This document shows positions 28,228-37,814 of a stretch of DNA of 64,000 nt, piece after piece. Position numbers and translations under genes: made by a program. The DNA is from Thermoplasmata archaeon (GTDB lineage Archaea; Thermoplasmatota; DTKX01; DATEUP01). The stretch's first letter is position 1; the number at the start of each line of letters is the position of its first letter. The stretch is taken from positions 83,813 to 147,812 of the forward strand of contig JBGPJF010000001.1 in NCBI GenBank assembly GCA_041485285.1. Reading direction: 5' to 3'. The notes beneath the pieces were generated by a model, which worked only from the letters and a program-made list of their open reading frames with translations, was not told the origin of the DNA and made no database searches.

Positions 28228-28328
28228 CGTATATAACCGTTTAGGATTGCACGACTAAATGTTCGGAGCCAGACGTGCTGGCCGACGCCGCGCGAAACTT
28301 CAAGACGGCGGCGGCCGGGTGATGGGCC

Positions 28329-29270
28329 GTGGTAAGCGCTGCCGCCGCGCGCGCGCCCGGCAAAGCGATCCTGTTCGGCGAGCACGCGGTCGTTTTCGGC
28401 GAGGGGGCCATCGCCGCAGCCCTCACCCTGTACTTCGAAACCCGCGTGAAAGTCGGCAAGGGCGAGTCGAGCCGCGTGGACGGCCGCCCGCTCGACCGCC
28501 GGCACCACGCGTACTTCCAGGAGGCGCTGAAGCGCGCGTGGGGCGACCGCGGGCCGCTCGAGCTTTCGACGACTTCGTCGGTGCCAAGTTCCTCGGGGCT
28601 CGGCTCGAGCGCGGCGCTCACCGTGTCGGCGGTCGCCGCGCTGCGCGCGCTGCGGGGGAAGATGGACCAGGAGGAGGTTGCGCGCACCTCGTTCGAAGTC
28701 GAGTACGCGGTCCAGGGCCGAGCATCGCCCACCGACACGTCGACGGCCGCCCACGGCCGCTGCGTCTACATCGCCAAGCAGGCCGGGGCGGGGCACCTGT
28801 GGACGCTCGAGAAGGGCGGCAATCGCTGGTGTGTGCACGACCTCGCGTTCCCGCCGCTGCAGTTCGTCGTCGGGTACACCGGGAAGAAGGGGAACACCGG
28901 CGAGCTTGTCGAGAAGGTCCGCAAGCTCGCCGAGACCGACAAGTCCGCCCGCGCAAGGATAAGCGAGATCGGCGCGCTCGTTGAGGAGGCCCGCGGCGTG
29001 CTCGCCGCCGGCGACGCGCGCGCGGTCGGGAAACTGATGGACCGCAACCATGAGCACCTCAAGGCGCTCGGCGTGTCCTCCCCCGAACTCGAAGCGCTCG
29101 TCGCCGCCGCGCGCCCCCACGCCTTCGGCGCGAAGCTCACGGGCGCAGGTGGGGGCGGCTGTATGATCGCCGTCACCGACAAGCCCGAGGCCTGCGCGCG
29201 CGCCATCGAGGCGGCCGGCGGCAAGCCGTACCGCGCCGAAATCGACCCCGGCGGCGTCATACTCGTCTGA
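28329..29270 (+). CDS. mvk: Mevalonate kinase (GHMP family)
   Basis: PGKAILFGEHAVVFG, PSSSGLGSSAA, SPTD, KLTGAGGGG. Confidence 0.9.
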   Translation: MVSAAAARAPGKAILFGEHAVVFGEGAIAAALTLYFETRVKVGKGESSRVDGRPLDRRHHAYFQEALKRAWGDRGPLELSTTSSVPSSSGLGSSAALTVSAVAALRALRGKMDQEEVARTSFEVEYAVQGRASPTDTSTAAHGRCVYIAKQAGAGHLWTLEKGGNRWCVHDLAFPPLQFVVGYTGKKGNTGELVEKVRKLAETDKSARARISEIGALVEEARGVLAAGDARAVGKLMDRNHEHLKALGVSSPELEALVAAARPHAFGAKLTGAGGGGCMIAVTDKPEACARAIEAAGGKPYRAEIDPGGVILV

Positions 29271-29367
29271 CGATCCAGCGCTGGCCAGCTCCAAGTCGCA
29301 AGGTTAACTACCGCGTTAGCCTTAAGAGGCGAGCGCGGGCCATTTGACGTGGCCGGAGGCTCCCCCT

Positions 29368-29934
29368 ATGTTTGAACCGAAGGTCACCCTTGACCAGGCC
29401 AGCTTCCGCGCTCTGGCCTCCGAGACGCGCATCGCCATCCTGCGCGCGCTCTCCGAGCACCAGATGACGCTCACCGAACTCGCCGAGCGGCTCCAGATCT
29501 CCAAGCCCGGCGTCATGAAGCATCTGGAGCTCCTGCAGGAAGCCGGCCTCGTGCTGCGCGAAGACGCGGAGCGGAAATGGATTTACTACCGGCTCACCAC
29601 GAAGGGCGAACGCATCCTCGACCCCGAGCGGACCCGCATCGCGCTTGCGCTCGGGTTCTCGCTGGTTACGGCGGCCGCGGGCGCAGGGATCACCGCGCTC
29701 GTGTCGGCGACCCGAGCGCCCGGCGCCACGCCCATCCTTGGACCCGCGATTGTCTTCGACGCCTTCACCATCTTGCCCATTGCCGTCCTCGGCATCGGAG
29801 CCATCGCGAGCCTCGCCTCGTTCATCGCATGGCGCAGGCGCCCGCGCGCAACGGACCAGGAGATCCTCGCGCGGCTCGGCAACCTCGCCGAGGAATCCCC
29901 GCAGGCCGCGCCCGCCGCCGGCACCCCGCCGTAG
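29368..29934 (+). CDS. ArsR-type wHTH regulator with two C-terminal TM helices
   Basis: FRALASETRIAIL..LTELAERL..KHLELLQEAGLV..YYRLT followed by two hydrophobic segments. Confidence 0.85.
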   Translation: MFEPKVTLDQASFRALASETRIAILRALSEHQMTLTELAERLQISKPGVMKHLELLQEAGLVLREDAERKWIYYRLTTKGERILDPERTRIALALGFSLVTAAAGAGITALVSATRAPGATPILGPAIVFDAFTILPIAVLGIGAIASLASFIAWRRRPRATDQEILARLGNLAEESPQAAPAAGTPP

Positions 29935-30002
29935 CGGGCGCCGCCAGGCGCCGCCACACGCGGCGAGCCTAACGAGCCAATCATTATCTTCGGCCCCCAG
30001 GC

Positions 30003-30773
30003 TTGACGGCCGTGGCCGAAGCCAGCCTGGCCATCCCCGACCCCATCATTTCCGTGAGCGGGCTGTCGAAGTCCTACCGCGACTCCCCCGCCCTCGAGAA
30101 CGTGTCGTTCGACGTGCCCAAAGGCGCGTTCTTCGGCTGCTTTGGCCCGAACGGCGCCGGCAAGTCCACCCTCACACGCATCCTCATCGGCCAGCTCGAG
30201 CCCACCGCCGGCACCTGCCGCGTCCTCGGCCTTACCCCCGGCAAGGATTCGCTCCCCCTCAAGCGCAACGTCGGCATCGTCCCCGAGTCCGAGTCGCCCC
30301 CCTCCTTCCTCACCGCCGTCGAATACCTCGAATTCGTCTGCCGCCTGCGCGGCCTCCCCGACGGCGCCGTGCGCATCTCGAAATGGATGGAGTACTTCGA
30401 CATGGCTGACAAGCAGGACACCCTCTGCAAAGACATGTCCAAGGGCACCCGCCAGAAACTCATGCTCGCCTCCGCGTTCATCCACCGCCCCCCCCTCCTC
30501 TTCCTCGATGAGCCGTTCCTCAACCTCGACCCCATCTACCAGCGGCGCGTCCGCGACTTCCTCGCCGACTTCGTAAGAGCCGGCGGCACGATCTTCATGT
30601 GCTCCCACATCCTCGAAATCGCCGACAAGGTCTGCACCCACGCCGTCGTCCTCGACCGCGGCAAGGTGCTCGCACAAGGCCCCATCGCCTCCTTCCGCAA
30701 GAACGGCCACGACCTCGCCGACACCTTCCTCGACATCCTCGAGCACAAGGAGGGGCCGCCACGGGCCGCCTGA
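30003..30773 (+). CDS. ABC transporter ATP-binding protein
   Basis: GPNGAGKST, MSKGTRQK, LFLDEP, CSH. Confidence 0.95.
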   Translation: MTAVAEASLAIPDPIISVSGLSKSYRDSPALENVSFDVPKGAFFGCFGPNGAGKSTLTRILIGQLEPTAGTCRVLGLTPGKDSLPLKRNVGIVPESESPPSFLTAVEYLEFVCRLRGLPDGAVRISKWMEYFDMADKQDTLCKDMSKGTRQKLMLASAFIHRPPLLFLDEPFLNLDPIYQRRVRDFLADFVRAGGTIFMCSHILEIADKVCTHAVVLDRGKVLAQGPIASFRKNGHDLADTFLDILEHKEGPPRAA

Positions 30774-32218
30774 AAGACTACGCCTACATCATCACCCTGA
30801 TGATGCGCGAGGAAGCGCGCTTCCAGTCCAACTTCACCTCCAAGCTCTCGTTCTACGAGTTCCCCCTCGTCCTCATGGGCTTCGCGTTCCTTGCCGGCTA
30901 CTTCTACGAGGAACTCATCCGCACGACCCCCCTCCAGCAGCTGCTCATCACCCTCCACTTCTCCATGCTCCTCTACGGAGTCTCCACCGGCGCATTCGCC
31001 TTCCTCGGCAAGGAAATCGTCGACCGGCGGTTCGGCAGCGTCAACTTCCTCCTCTCCGCCCCCATCACACAGCCCGTCCTGTTCCGCACCACCACTTCGG
31101 CGTTCTACCTCAAAGACGCAATTTACTACTGGGCGTTCACGCTCACGCCCGTCGCCGTCGGGCTCGCGATTGCCCAGCCCTTCGCGCCCTACACGATGTC
31201 CTCGGTCCTCTTCCTGTGGCTCTCCGTTGTCCTCACGTTCTCGTACGGCCTTGCCCTCGCGTACGCGTTCTCCGCCCTCTACCTGCGCTCCCGCAAACTC
31301 TTTGCCGCGCTTGCCATCGGCTTCATGGGCCTGCTCGCCGTCGCGGGGTTCACCGCCATCATCCCGCTTGGCGCCATCATCCCTTCCATCCAATTCCAGC
31401 TCACGAAGGAGCCGCTGCCGCTCATCGTCAGCGTCGTCGCCACGGTCCTCCTCTCGTGGGTCGCGACCTTTGCCGTGCAGGAAACCTTCGAGTCGAGCGA
31501 GACCCAATTCAAGGAGACCTTCCTTGCGCGCACCGTGCGCTTCAAGGCGTTCGGCCGCTACGCGCCCCTGCTTGCCAAAGAGTGGACCGACCTCGAACGC
31601 TCCCACGCCCTCACCAAGATGGCGTTCTCCTTCGCCGTGCCCCTCGTGTTCCTCTCACTTTCGGTGTGGTTCCTCAACAACACGCTCGGCGTCTCGCTCA
31701 AGTTCGATACCGTGTTCTACGCCGGCAATGTCGGGTTCTTCGGGGTCATGATCTACTCGTGGCTCAACCACATCGACATCACAGAGTACTACGACACGCT
31801 GCCCGTCACGGTCCCCCGCCTCATCAAGGCGAAGCTCATCGTATTTTTCCTCGTCACGGCCGGGATTACCGCTTTCTTCGTCGTGCTCATGGCCTTCATC
31901 AACGGAGAGGTGTGGAAGCTCGCCGTCGCCCTGCCTGTTGCGTTCTCGACCTCGGCCTACACGGTCGTGGCCACCGCGTACCTCACCGGGCTGCGCACGA
32001 ATACCGCGCTTCTGAACGGCCCGGTGATTGCGCGCTTCGGCCTGCTTACCGTCCCGCCGCTGCTCGCCATCGCGTTCCTTTCGCTCGGCTACGACCTCTT
32101 CCCCTCCCTCGCGCTCCAGTGGATCGCGCTCGTCGTTGCGGGGATGGCCCTGCTCACGGTGCTCCTCTACGGCCTCATCGACGGTCGGTGGGTCAAGGCC
32201 ACCTTCCAGCGGGCGTAG
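30761..32218 (+). CDS. ABC exporter multi-TM permease
   Basis: About 12 TM segments downstream of the ATPase. Start uncertain: ACG 30761 behind AAGGAGGGG, CTG 30770 or ATG 30800. Confidence 0.85.
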   Translation, partial: TGRLKDYAYIITLMMREEARFQSNFTSKLSFYEFPLVLMGFAFLAGYFYEELIRTTPLQQLLITLHFSMLLYGVSTGAFAFLGKEIVDRRFGSVNFLLSAPITQPVLFRTTTSAFYLKDAIYYWAFTLTPVAVGLAIAQPFAPYTMSSVLFLWLSVVLTFSYGLALAYAFSALYLRSRKLFAALAIGFMGLLAVAGFTAIIPLGAIIPSIQFQLTKEPLPLIVSVVATVLLSWVATFAVQETFESSETQFKETFLARTVRFKAFGRYAPLLAKEWTDLERSHALTKMAFSFAVPLVFLSLSVWFLNNTLGVSLKFDTVFYAGNVGFFGVMIYSWLNHIDITEYYDTLPVTVPRLIKAKLIVFFLVTAGITAFFVVLMAFINGEVWKLAVALPVAFSTSAYTVVATAYLTGLRTNTALLNGPVIARFGLLTVPPLLAIAFLSLGYDLFPSLALQWIALVVAGMALLTVLLYGLIDGRWVKATFQRA

Positions 32219-32224
32219 GCAACC

Positions 32225-33421
32225 TCATCGGGGCGGATCTTGCCGCTTTGCCGGCGCCGGGGCGCTTGCCTCCTTCCGCTTTCGCACCCCTAGGACCGCA
32301 GCGCCCACGCCGACGCTGGCCAAGGCGACGGCGGCGACTGCGAGAGTCGGGCTGGCGCCGGCGACTGCGGGGACCGTCGAGCCGCCACCGCCGCCTCCGC
32401 CGCGCCCCATGCTTGGCGGGCAACCGTAGTTCAACGTCGGAGGCTGGAAGCTCCCGTTGACATGGCCCCAGCTGCCGTCGTCGCTGATCGCGCGCGCCTC
32501 TACCTTCAACTCGCGGGCGGTCGCTCCGCAGTAGTAGAAGAGGTCGAAGAGATCGCCGTTGTCGTAGGTGCGCGTGAACGTCCACTCCGCCCATGACGAC
32601 CCGCCCCTCGCGAGCAAAACCGCAGGGTCGCCCTCCGACAGCGACTGTTCGAACCAGTAGTCCGAGAACTTCCAACGGCCCGCGTCGACCGTTATCCCAA
32701 CCGCGTACAGGCCCATGGAGACGCGAACCTCACCCACCGAGCCGGTCGTGGTCCCCTTTACGGTCAGGGTGTACTGCGACCCGGTCGTGGCCACCTCGAG
32801 CGAGCTGATCGATATCGTCGGCGCGCCAAAAGGGGTGGTCGCCGCGGCGATATCGTCGTCGGGCGCAAACTCAAAGTCGAGCGACAGCTCGCACCAGTCC
32901 TTGTAGTCGGAGAAATCGTCCGAGTCGGTGTCGATGCCCGCCGACGCCTTCAGGCTCCACCCGTTCGAGGTCCCCGGAAAGGCAGCGGCGGGGGAGCGGA
33001 GGGTGAGCCAAGCACCGGACGTCTCATTTGCAAGCGAGACCGTTTTGCCCTGGCTGTTGCGGTAGGACCCCGACCCGTTGGTGAAGTAGAGGCTCTCCGC
33101 GTGGGCAGCTTCCGACCCATACAGGATGAAGCCGTAGAACGCCTCTGCGTGGTCGGCGTCGATAGCGCCGGCGACCCTGAGGCCGAGGACGATGTCGGGG
33201 CCGTCGCGGCACGACCGCACCTCGACGATGTCGTAGTCGTCGTGGCCCCGTTCTTGGGCAGACGAGCTGAAGTTGTACACGTCGCCTGCATAGTCGAGTT
33301 GGCCCGCGACGGAGCCGGCCTGGCAGGGCGGAGCGGCCGACGCGCCCCCCGCAAGGAGCGCGAACGCGCCAAGGCAGGCCAACACCAGAGAGAAGGCAGC
33401 GGCGCGGATGGGGCTCCCCGT
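32225..33421 (-). CDS. Surface protein A (signal peptide, beta-rich ectodomain, C-terminal TM)
   Basis: Paralog of 33651-34889 (PC..VAG.LDY..DV, H..YDI, LGxRVxG, TPF..PT, KGTTTG.V.E.RV.MG, KVEARAI..DG.WGH). Start ACG 33421 or GTG 33385. Confidence 0.8.
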   Translation of the reverse strand, partial: TGSPIRAAAFSLVLACLGAFALLAGGASAAPPCQAGSVAGQLDYAGDVYNFSSSAQERGHDDYDIVEVRSCRDGPDIVLGLRVAGAIDADHAEAFYGFILYGSEAAHAESLYFTNGSGSYRNSQGKTVSLANETSGAWLTLRSPAAAFPGTSNGWSLKASAGIDTDSDDFSDYKDWCELSLDFEFAPDDDIAAATTPFGAPTISISSLEVATTGSQYTLTVKGTTTGSVGEVRVSMGLYAVGITVDAGRWKFSDYWFEQSLSEGDPAVLLARGGSSWAEWTFTRTYDNGDLFDLFYYCGATARELKVEARAISDDGSWGHVNGSFQPPTLNYGCPPSMGRGGGGGGGSTVPAVAGASPTLAVAAVALASVGVGAAVLGVRKRKEASAPAPAKRQDPPR

Positions 33422-33523
33422 CCCCTACCTTCGACGCGGCCGCCTTAATGGTTCGGGTACTGTTGGGCGGGGAGTGAAGGCCCCTAGGCGCGCCTGCGGA
33501 TGGCGACCGCCAGGGACTGCGCC

Positions 33524-33643
33524 GTGGTCGTCCGCCTCGATGGATCGACCCGAACGCTCGAGGCGGTGGAGCGCGTGGCGCGCACGGGAGAGGGAGTCGC
33601 GCACGCGCCCGCGGCGGCGAAGGCCGTCGCGCGCTCGCGGGCC
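33524..33643 (+). pseudogene. hutH: 40-codon relic of the hutH 5' end
   Basis: VVVRLDGSTRTLEAVERVARTGEGVAHAPAAAKAVARSRA is 28/40 identical to the first 40 aa of HutH at 35008. Confidence 0.85.
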
Positions 33644-33650
33644 CCCTGCC

Positions 33651-34889
33651 CTACTTGGGCGGCGGCGGGGGCGGCGGCATCATGCCACCTCCCGGCGGCG
33701 GAGGTGGCAACATCCCCGGCGGTGTCCACGGCTGCGAAGGCGCGCCCATCGGCGGTAGCGGGGCTATGCCGGGCGTCATGCCCGGCGGCACCATGGGCGC
33801 CGCCGCGGCCTTCTTGCGCTTCATCAAGATGACCACCGCTACGACGGCCGCCAACACCACCAAGAGCACGATTCCGATCAGCGCGCCCGACCCGGCGTCC
33901 CCGCCCGACCCGGCCCCCGACCCCACCGTCGTCGGCTGGAACGTCTGGCTGCCGTGGCCCCACTTGCCGTCTTCGGCGATGACGCGCACCTCAATCTTCC
34001 CTTCGTGAAGCGTCAGGAAGTCGCCGAGGATGCCCTTCAGGCCCGACTCGGTGTAGTCGCGCGTGAACTTCCACTGCGCCCAGCTGCCGTTGACTTTCTC
34101 GAGCGCGACGGTGATGTCGCCCCCGGCCATGGTCTGCTCAATGTAGTAGTCGGAGTACGACCATTCGTTGGTGCCGAGCCCGGTCCTGCGCACGCCCATC
34201 GTCACGCGCAGCTCTGCAACTGCCCCCGACGTGGTCCCTTCGGCCACAACACGGTAGGTGTCCCCGGTCTTCGTCACGTTAATTTTGGTGACTGCGGCCG
34301 TGGGCGACGAGAAGGGCGTGTGCTCCAAGGAGAGGTCGGTGGAATCCGTGTACTCCTCACCCGTGTCGAGGGTGTCGGCGTCGAAGAGCTCAACAGTGCC
34401 CGTCCCGTCCGTGTTTTCGGTGGCCTCGATCTCAAGGTCCCACCCGCCTGTCCGGCTGCCGTATTGGACGTTCGGCACCCAAATGGTGAGCCACGCGCCG
34501 TCCGTGGTGTTCGTTGCGGTCATCCAGTGGAAGTTCACATCCTTGAAGCCCGCGCTGTGGTTGGAAAAGGAGACATGCAGCGTCTCGGGCCCCACCAGCA
34601 CGAACGTGTAGTTCGACTTCACGCTGTCATTGACAATCGTGCCCCCCACGCGCACCCCGAGGACGATGTTGGAGCCGTCCATGCAAGACGTTGTCTGGAG
34701 GATATCGTAATTCGCGTGCCCGGCCTCCTCCTTGTGCGTGGCCTTGTTCCACACATCGTCCACATAGTCGAGGTGGCCCGCCACCACATTCGAAGGGCAG
34801 GGGGCCGCGGCTTGGGCCGAGGCTCCAAGAAGGGCAAGGGTCGAAAGTCCAATGGCAGTCATCAGGAGAATTCGAATCGATAGGCGCAC
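33651..34889 (-). CDS. Surface protein B (signal peptide, ectodomain, TM, Pro/Met/Gly-rich cytoplasmic tail)
   Basis: MRLSIRILL signal peptide, TM ALIGIVLLVVLAAVVAVVIL, KRKK stop-transfer, tail ending MMPPPPPPPK. Confidence 0.85.
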   Translation of the reverse strand: MRLSIRILLMTAIGLSTLALLGASAQAAAPCPSNVVAGHLDYVDDVWNKATHKEEAGHANYDILQTTSCMDGSNIVLGVRVGGTIVNDSVKSNYTFVLVGPETLHVSFSNHSAGFKDVNFHWMTATNTTDGAWLTIWVPNVQYGSRTGGWDLEIEATENTDGTGTVELFDADTLDTGEEYTDSTDLSLEHTPFSSPTAAVTKINVTKTGDTYRVVAEGTTSGAVAELRVTMGVRRTGLGTNEWSYSDYYIEQTMAGGDITVALEKVNGSWAQWKFTRDYTESGLKGILGDFLTLHEGKIEVRVIAEDGKWGHGSQTFQPTTVGSGAGSGGDAGSGALIGIVLLVVLAAVVAVVILMKRKKAAAAPMVPPGMTPGIAPLPPMGAPSQPWTPPGMLPPPPPGGGMMPPPPPPPK

Positions 34890-35007
34890 GAAGAGTCCTC
34901 GACGCCCGATCGCCCATGGCTCATTTAACCGTTGTGACCGCCCACGAGAGACCTCGAAAACTTATAGCCAGCCAGAGGGATGGGCGCGCAAGCGAGGAGC
35001 CTCAAGC

Positions 35008-36534
35008 GTGGTCGTCCAACTTTCTGGCTCGGGGCTTTCCCTCGAGGCCGTCGAGCGCGTCGCCCGGGGCCGCGAGCCGGTCGCCCTCTCAGCGTCGGCG
35101 GCCAAAGCCGTCGCCCGCTCGCGTGCCGCCGTCGAGAAGATCCTGGGCTCCAAGGAAACAGTCTACGGGATCAACACGGGGTTCGGCGACCTCAAGGACG
35201 TCCGCATCCCGAACACGAAGCTGCGCCAACTCCAGCTGAACCTGATCCGCTCGCACGCGGCGGGCGTGGGCGAGCCCTTCCCGGCGGAGGTCGTCCGCGC
35301 GATGCTCGCGCTGCGCCTCAACGCCTTCGCGAAGGGCTTTTCGGGCGTTTCACCCGGCCTTGTCGACGCCATGGCCGCGCTCCTCAACGCGGGCGTGCAC
35401 CCCGTCGTCCCGTCGCAAGGGTCCGTCGGGTCGTCCGGTGACCTCGCGCCGCTTGCGCACATCGGCCTTGCCCTCATCGGGGAAGGCGAGGCGGAATTCA
35501 GGGGAGCGACCATGGAGGGCGGGGCGGCGCTCCAAGCCGCGGGCCTCAAACCCTACACGCTCTGCGAGAAGGAAGGGATCTCCATCGTCAATGGCACGCA
35601 GGCGATGACCGCCGTCGGCGTCCTCGCGCTCCTCGACGCAGAACGCGCGCTTAGCGCCGCCGCCGTCGCGGGCGCGATGGCGCTTGAATGCCTCGACTCG
35701 AGCGAGAAGCCCTTCGACCCGCGCGTGCACGCGGCGCGGCCCCACCAGGGCGCGCGCGAAGTCGCGGCCGCCGTTTCACGGATGGTCAAGGGCAGCGGCA
35801 TGATCCACGACCATGAAGACTGCGACAAGGTGCAGGACCCCTATTCGTCGCGCGCGCTTGCGCAAGTGCTCGGCGCCTCCTTCGACGCCATGGTGCACGC
35901 CCGCGGCGTGCTCGAGGTCGAAATCAATTCGGCCACGGACAACCCGCTGGTCTTCCCCGACACGGGCGAGGTCATCTCCGGCGGCAACTTCCACGGCCAG
36001 CCCGTCGCGCTCGTGATGGACTACCTCGCAATCGCCTCCGCGGAAGTCGCGGACATCATGGAGAGGACCATCGCACGGCTCGTCTCCGGCGAAGAGGGCC
36101 ACCTCCCCAAGTTCCTCGCCCGCGACCCGGGCCTGAATTCCGGGTGGATGATCGGCCAGTACACGGCCGCGGCCCTTGTTTCGGAGAACAAAGTGCTCGC
36201 CCATCCGGCTTCGGTGGACTCGATCCCCACCTCCGCGGGACAGGAAGACCATAACTCGATGGGAACGATCGCCGCGCGCAAGGCGCGCGCGGTGGTCGAG
36301 AATACGCAGCGCGTGGTTGGAATCGCGCTGCTGTGCGCCGCCGAGGGGATGGACCTCCACAAAGGCCGGCCGGCCAAGGGCACCGCCGCCGCTCGCGCCG
36401 CCGTGCGACGCAAGGTCAAACCCCTCACCGCCGACCGCGCGATCTACCGCGATTTGGAGACGGCCGCGCGCCTGGTTAAAAGCGGGGAGGTCGTGGCCGC
36501 CGCCGAAAAGGCCGTGGGGCCCCTTGGGCTCTAG
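35008..36534 (+). CDS. hutH: Histidine ammonia-lyase
   Basis: YGINTGFG, LIRSHAAGVG, GSVGSSGDLAPL, EGISIVNGT, SGGNFHG, SAGQEDHNSMG. GTG start behind GAGGAG. Confidence 0.97.
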   Translation: MVVQLSGSGLSLEAVERVARGREPVALSASAAKAVARSRAAVEKILGSKETVYGINTGFGDLKDVRIPNTKLRQLQLNLIRSHAAGVGEPFPAEVVRAMLALRLNAFAKGFSGVSPGLVDAMAALLNAGVHPVVPSQGSVGSSGDLAPLAHIGLALIGEGEAEFRGATMEGGAALQAAGLKPYTLCEKEGISIVNGTQAMTAVGVLALLDAERALSAAAVAGAMALECLDSSEKPFDPRVHAARPHQGAREVAAAVSRMVKGSGMIHDHEDCDKVQDPYSSRALAQVLGASFDAMVHARGVLEVEINSATDNPLVFPDTGEVISGGNFHGQPVALVMDYLAIASAEVADIMERTIARLVSGEEGHLPKFLARDPGLNSGWMIGQYTAAALVSENKVLAHPASVDSIPTSAGQEDHNSMGTIAARKARAVVENTQRVVGIALLCAAEGMDLHKGRPAKGTAAARAAVRRKVKPLTADRAIYRDLETAARLVKSGEVVAAAEKAVGPLGL

Positions 36535-36548
36535 GCCAGAGGAGCCGC

Positions 36549-37154
36549 ATGTCCGCCCTTGGCACCGCTGCCAAACCCCTCCTTTGGGTCCTGCGCCGGG
36601 CCGGCGGCAGCCGGCGCCGCCTGCAGGTCGCCGTGCTCATCGCCGGCGCCATCCTCTGCCCCGTGGGCCTGCTCTCCTACGGCCTGGTTTCGCCCGAGAT
36701 TCCGTTTTTCGAAACGCCCGTCACCTATGTCGGCGAGCTGCGCGCGGACACGATGGCAAAAATTTACGGGCGGATCAACTGCACCTGCGCAACGGCCATC
36801 GACCGTCAGGAGTCGACGGTGGGCACCAACGGGCGCACATGGAACGCCACCTACCAGCCCTTCACCGTGAACGACCCGAGCGGCTCGTTGGTCGTCGACA
36901 CCACGAGCATCACGCGCATGACGCCGGGCCCCAGCAACGGCGACTGGATGAAGGGCGACTGGGTCGCCATCTACGGCTCGGTCTATGACCAGGGCACGGG
37001 CTCCGTCCTGCTCCAAGGGCAAATGGTCGCCAAGGCGCCCGACGACACTCCGGCGCGGTACGCGTTCTTTGCGCTCGTCACCGCGACGGTCGGGGCGCTC
37101 GCGATCGCCTTCGTCCTCACCGACCGCATCTTCTTCGGCGCGCCCGAGGCGTGA
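36549..37154 (+). CDS. Hypothetical membrane protein with OB-fold-like soluble domain
   Basis: N- and C-terminal TM; FTVNDPSGSLVV..GDWVAIYGSV resembles an OB fold; SD AGAGGAG. Confidence 0.7.
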   Translation: MSALGTAAKPLLWVLRRAGGSRRRLQVAVLIAGAILCPVGLLSYGLVSPEIPFFETPVTYVGELRADTMAKIYGRINCTCATAIDRQESTVGTNGRTWNATYQPFTVNDPSGSLVVDTTSITRMTPGPSNGDWMKGDWVAIYGSVYDQGTGSVLLQGQMVAKAPDDTPARYAFFALVTATVGALAIAFVLTDRIFFGAPEA

Positions 37155-37155
37155 G

Positions 37156-37740
37156 TCACTCTGCTTCGCGCGTCAGCGGGCCTGCAAACTCCGCCTGCAC
37201 CTTCACGACCTCGCCGCTCGTCGCGCAGGCGGCGTAGGCGGCAAGCGGCTCGGCATTGAGCGCCTCGAACCCCAGCCCCCACGTGTACGACCCCAGCAAC
37301 TCGCGCGCCTGCTTGTCTTCGCCGAGGATGAAAAGGGCCCCCGCAAAGGCCTCCATCGTGGAGAGCTGCATGGGCTGACCGTAATGCAGCGGGTTCGCCG
37401 CCAGCAGGAACGGCAGCGCTCGCCCCGGCAGCAGGCCGTGGAGGTCGTGGCGCCCGTAGCTCTCCTCCACATGCTTCCACGAGCAGTCGAGCGCCACCAA
37501 GCCGCGTGCGTGCGCTGCGTGCGAATCTTCGAGCGACAGCGCCTTCTCGGAGCGCGGGTCGAGGAGCACCGCGCGGCGCGGCAACCCTCGCACCGTATTG
37601 ACGCCCTCGGCCAGATTCCGGCGGATCAGCTTCCTGCCGGTGCACTTGGCGGGGTCGCACTGGTCTTCCAGAAGTTCCACGAGGCGGACTTTGCCAGGCA
37701 GCGCCGGTTTCACGGTTGGATTACGTCGAGCCGCCCACAT
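37156..37740 (-). CDS. tsr3: SSU rRNA aminocarboxypropyltransferase (DUF367)
   Basis: CDPAKCTGRKL, LSLED, LDCSW, RALPFLLAANP, LSTMEA. Start may be GTG 37713. Confidence 0.92.
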   Translation of the reverse strand: MWAARRNPTVKPALPGKVRLVELLEDQCDPAKCTGRKLIRRNLAEGVNTVRGLPRRAVLLDPRSEKALSLEDSHAAHARGLVALDCSWKHVEESYGRHDLHGLLPGRALPFLLAANPLHYGQPMQLSTMEAFAGALFILGEDKQARELLGSYTWGLGFEALNAEPLAAYAACATSGEVVKVQAEFAGPLTREAE

Positions 37741-37785
37741 AGCCCTATGGATGAGCGCGGGCGCCGACCGAAATTCACGAAACCA

Positions 37786-37791
37786 TTATAA
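37786..37791 (+). promoter_or_regulatory. Archaeal TATA box of the TA operon (probably leaderless)
   Basis: TTATAA 29 nt upstream of ATG 37815 in an AT-rich tract. Confidence 0.6.
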
Positions 37792-37814
37792 TATTGAACT
37801 ACTACACTTGAGCC

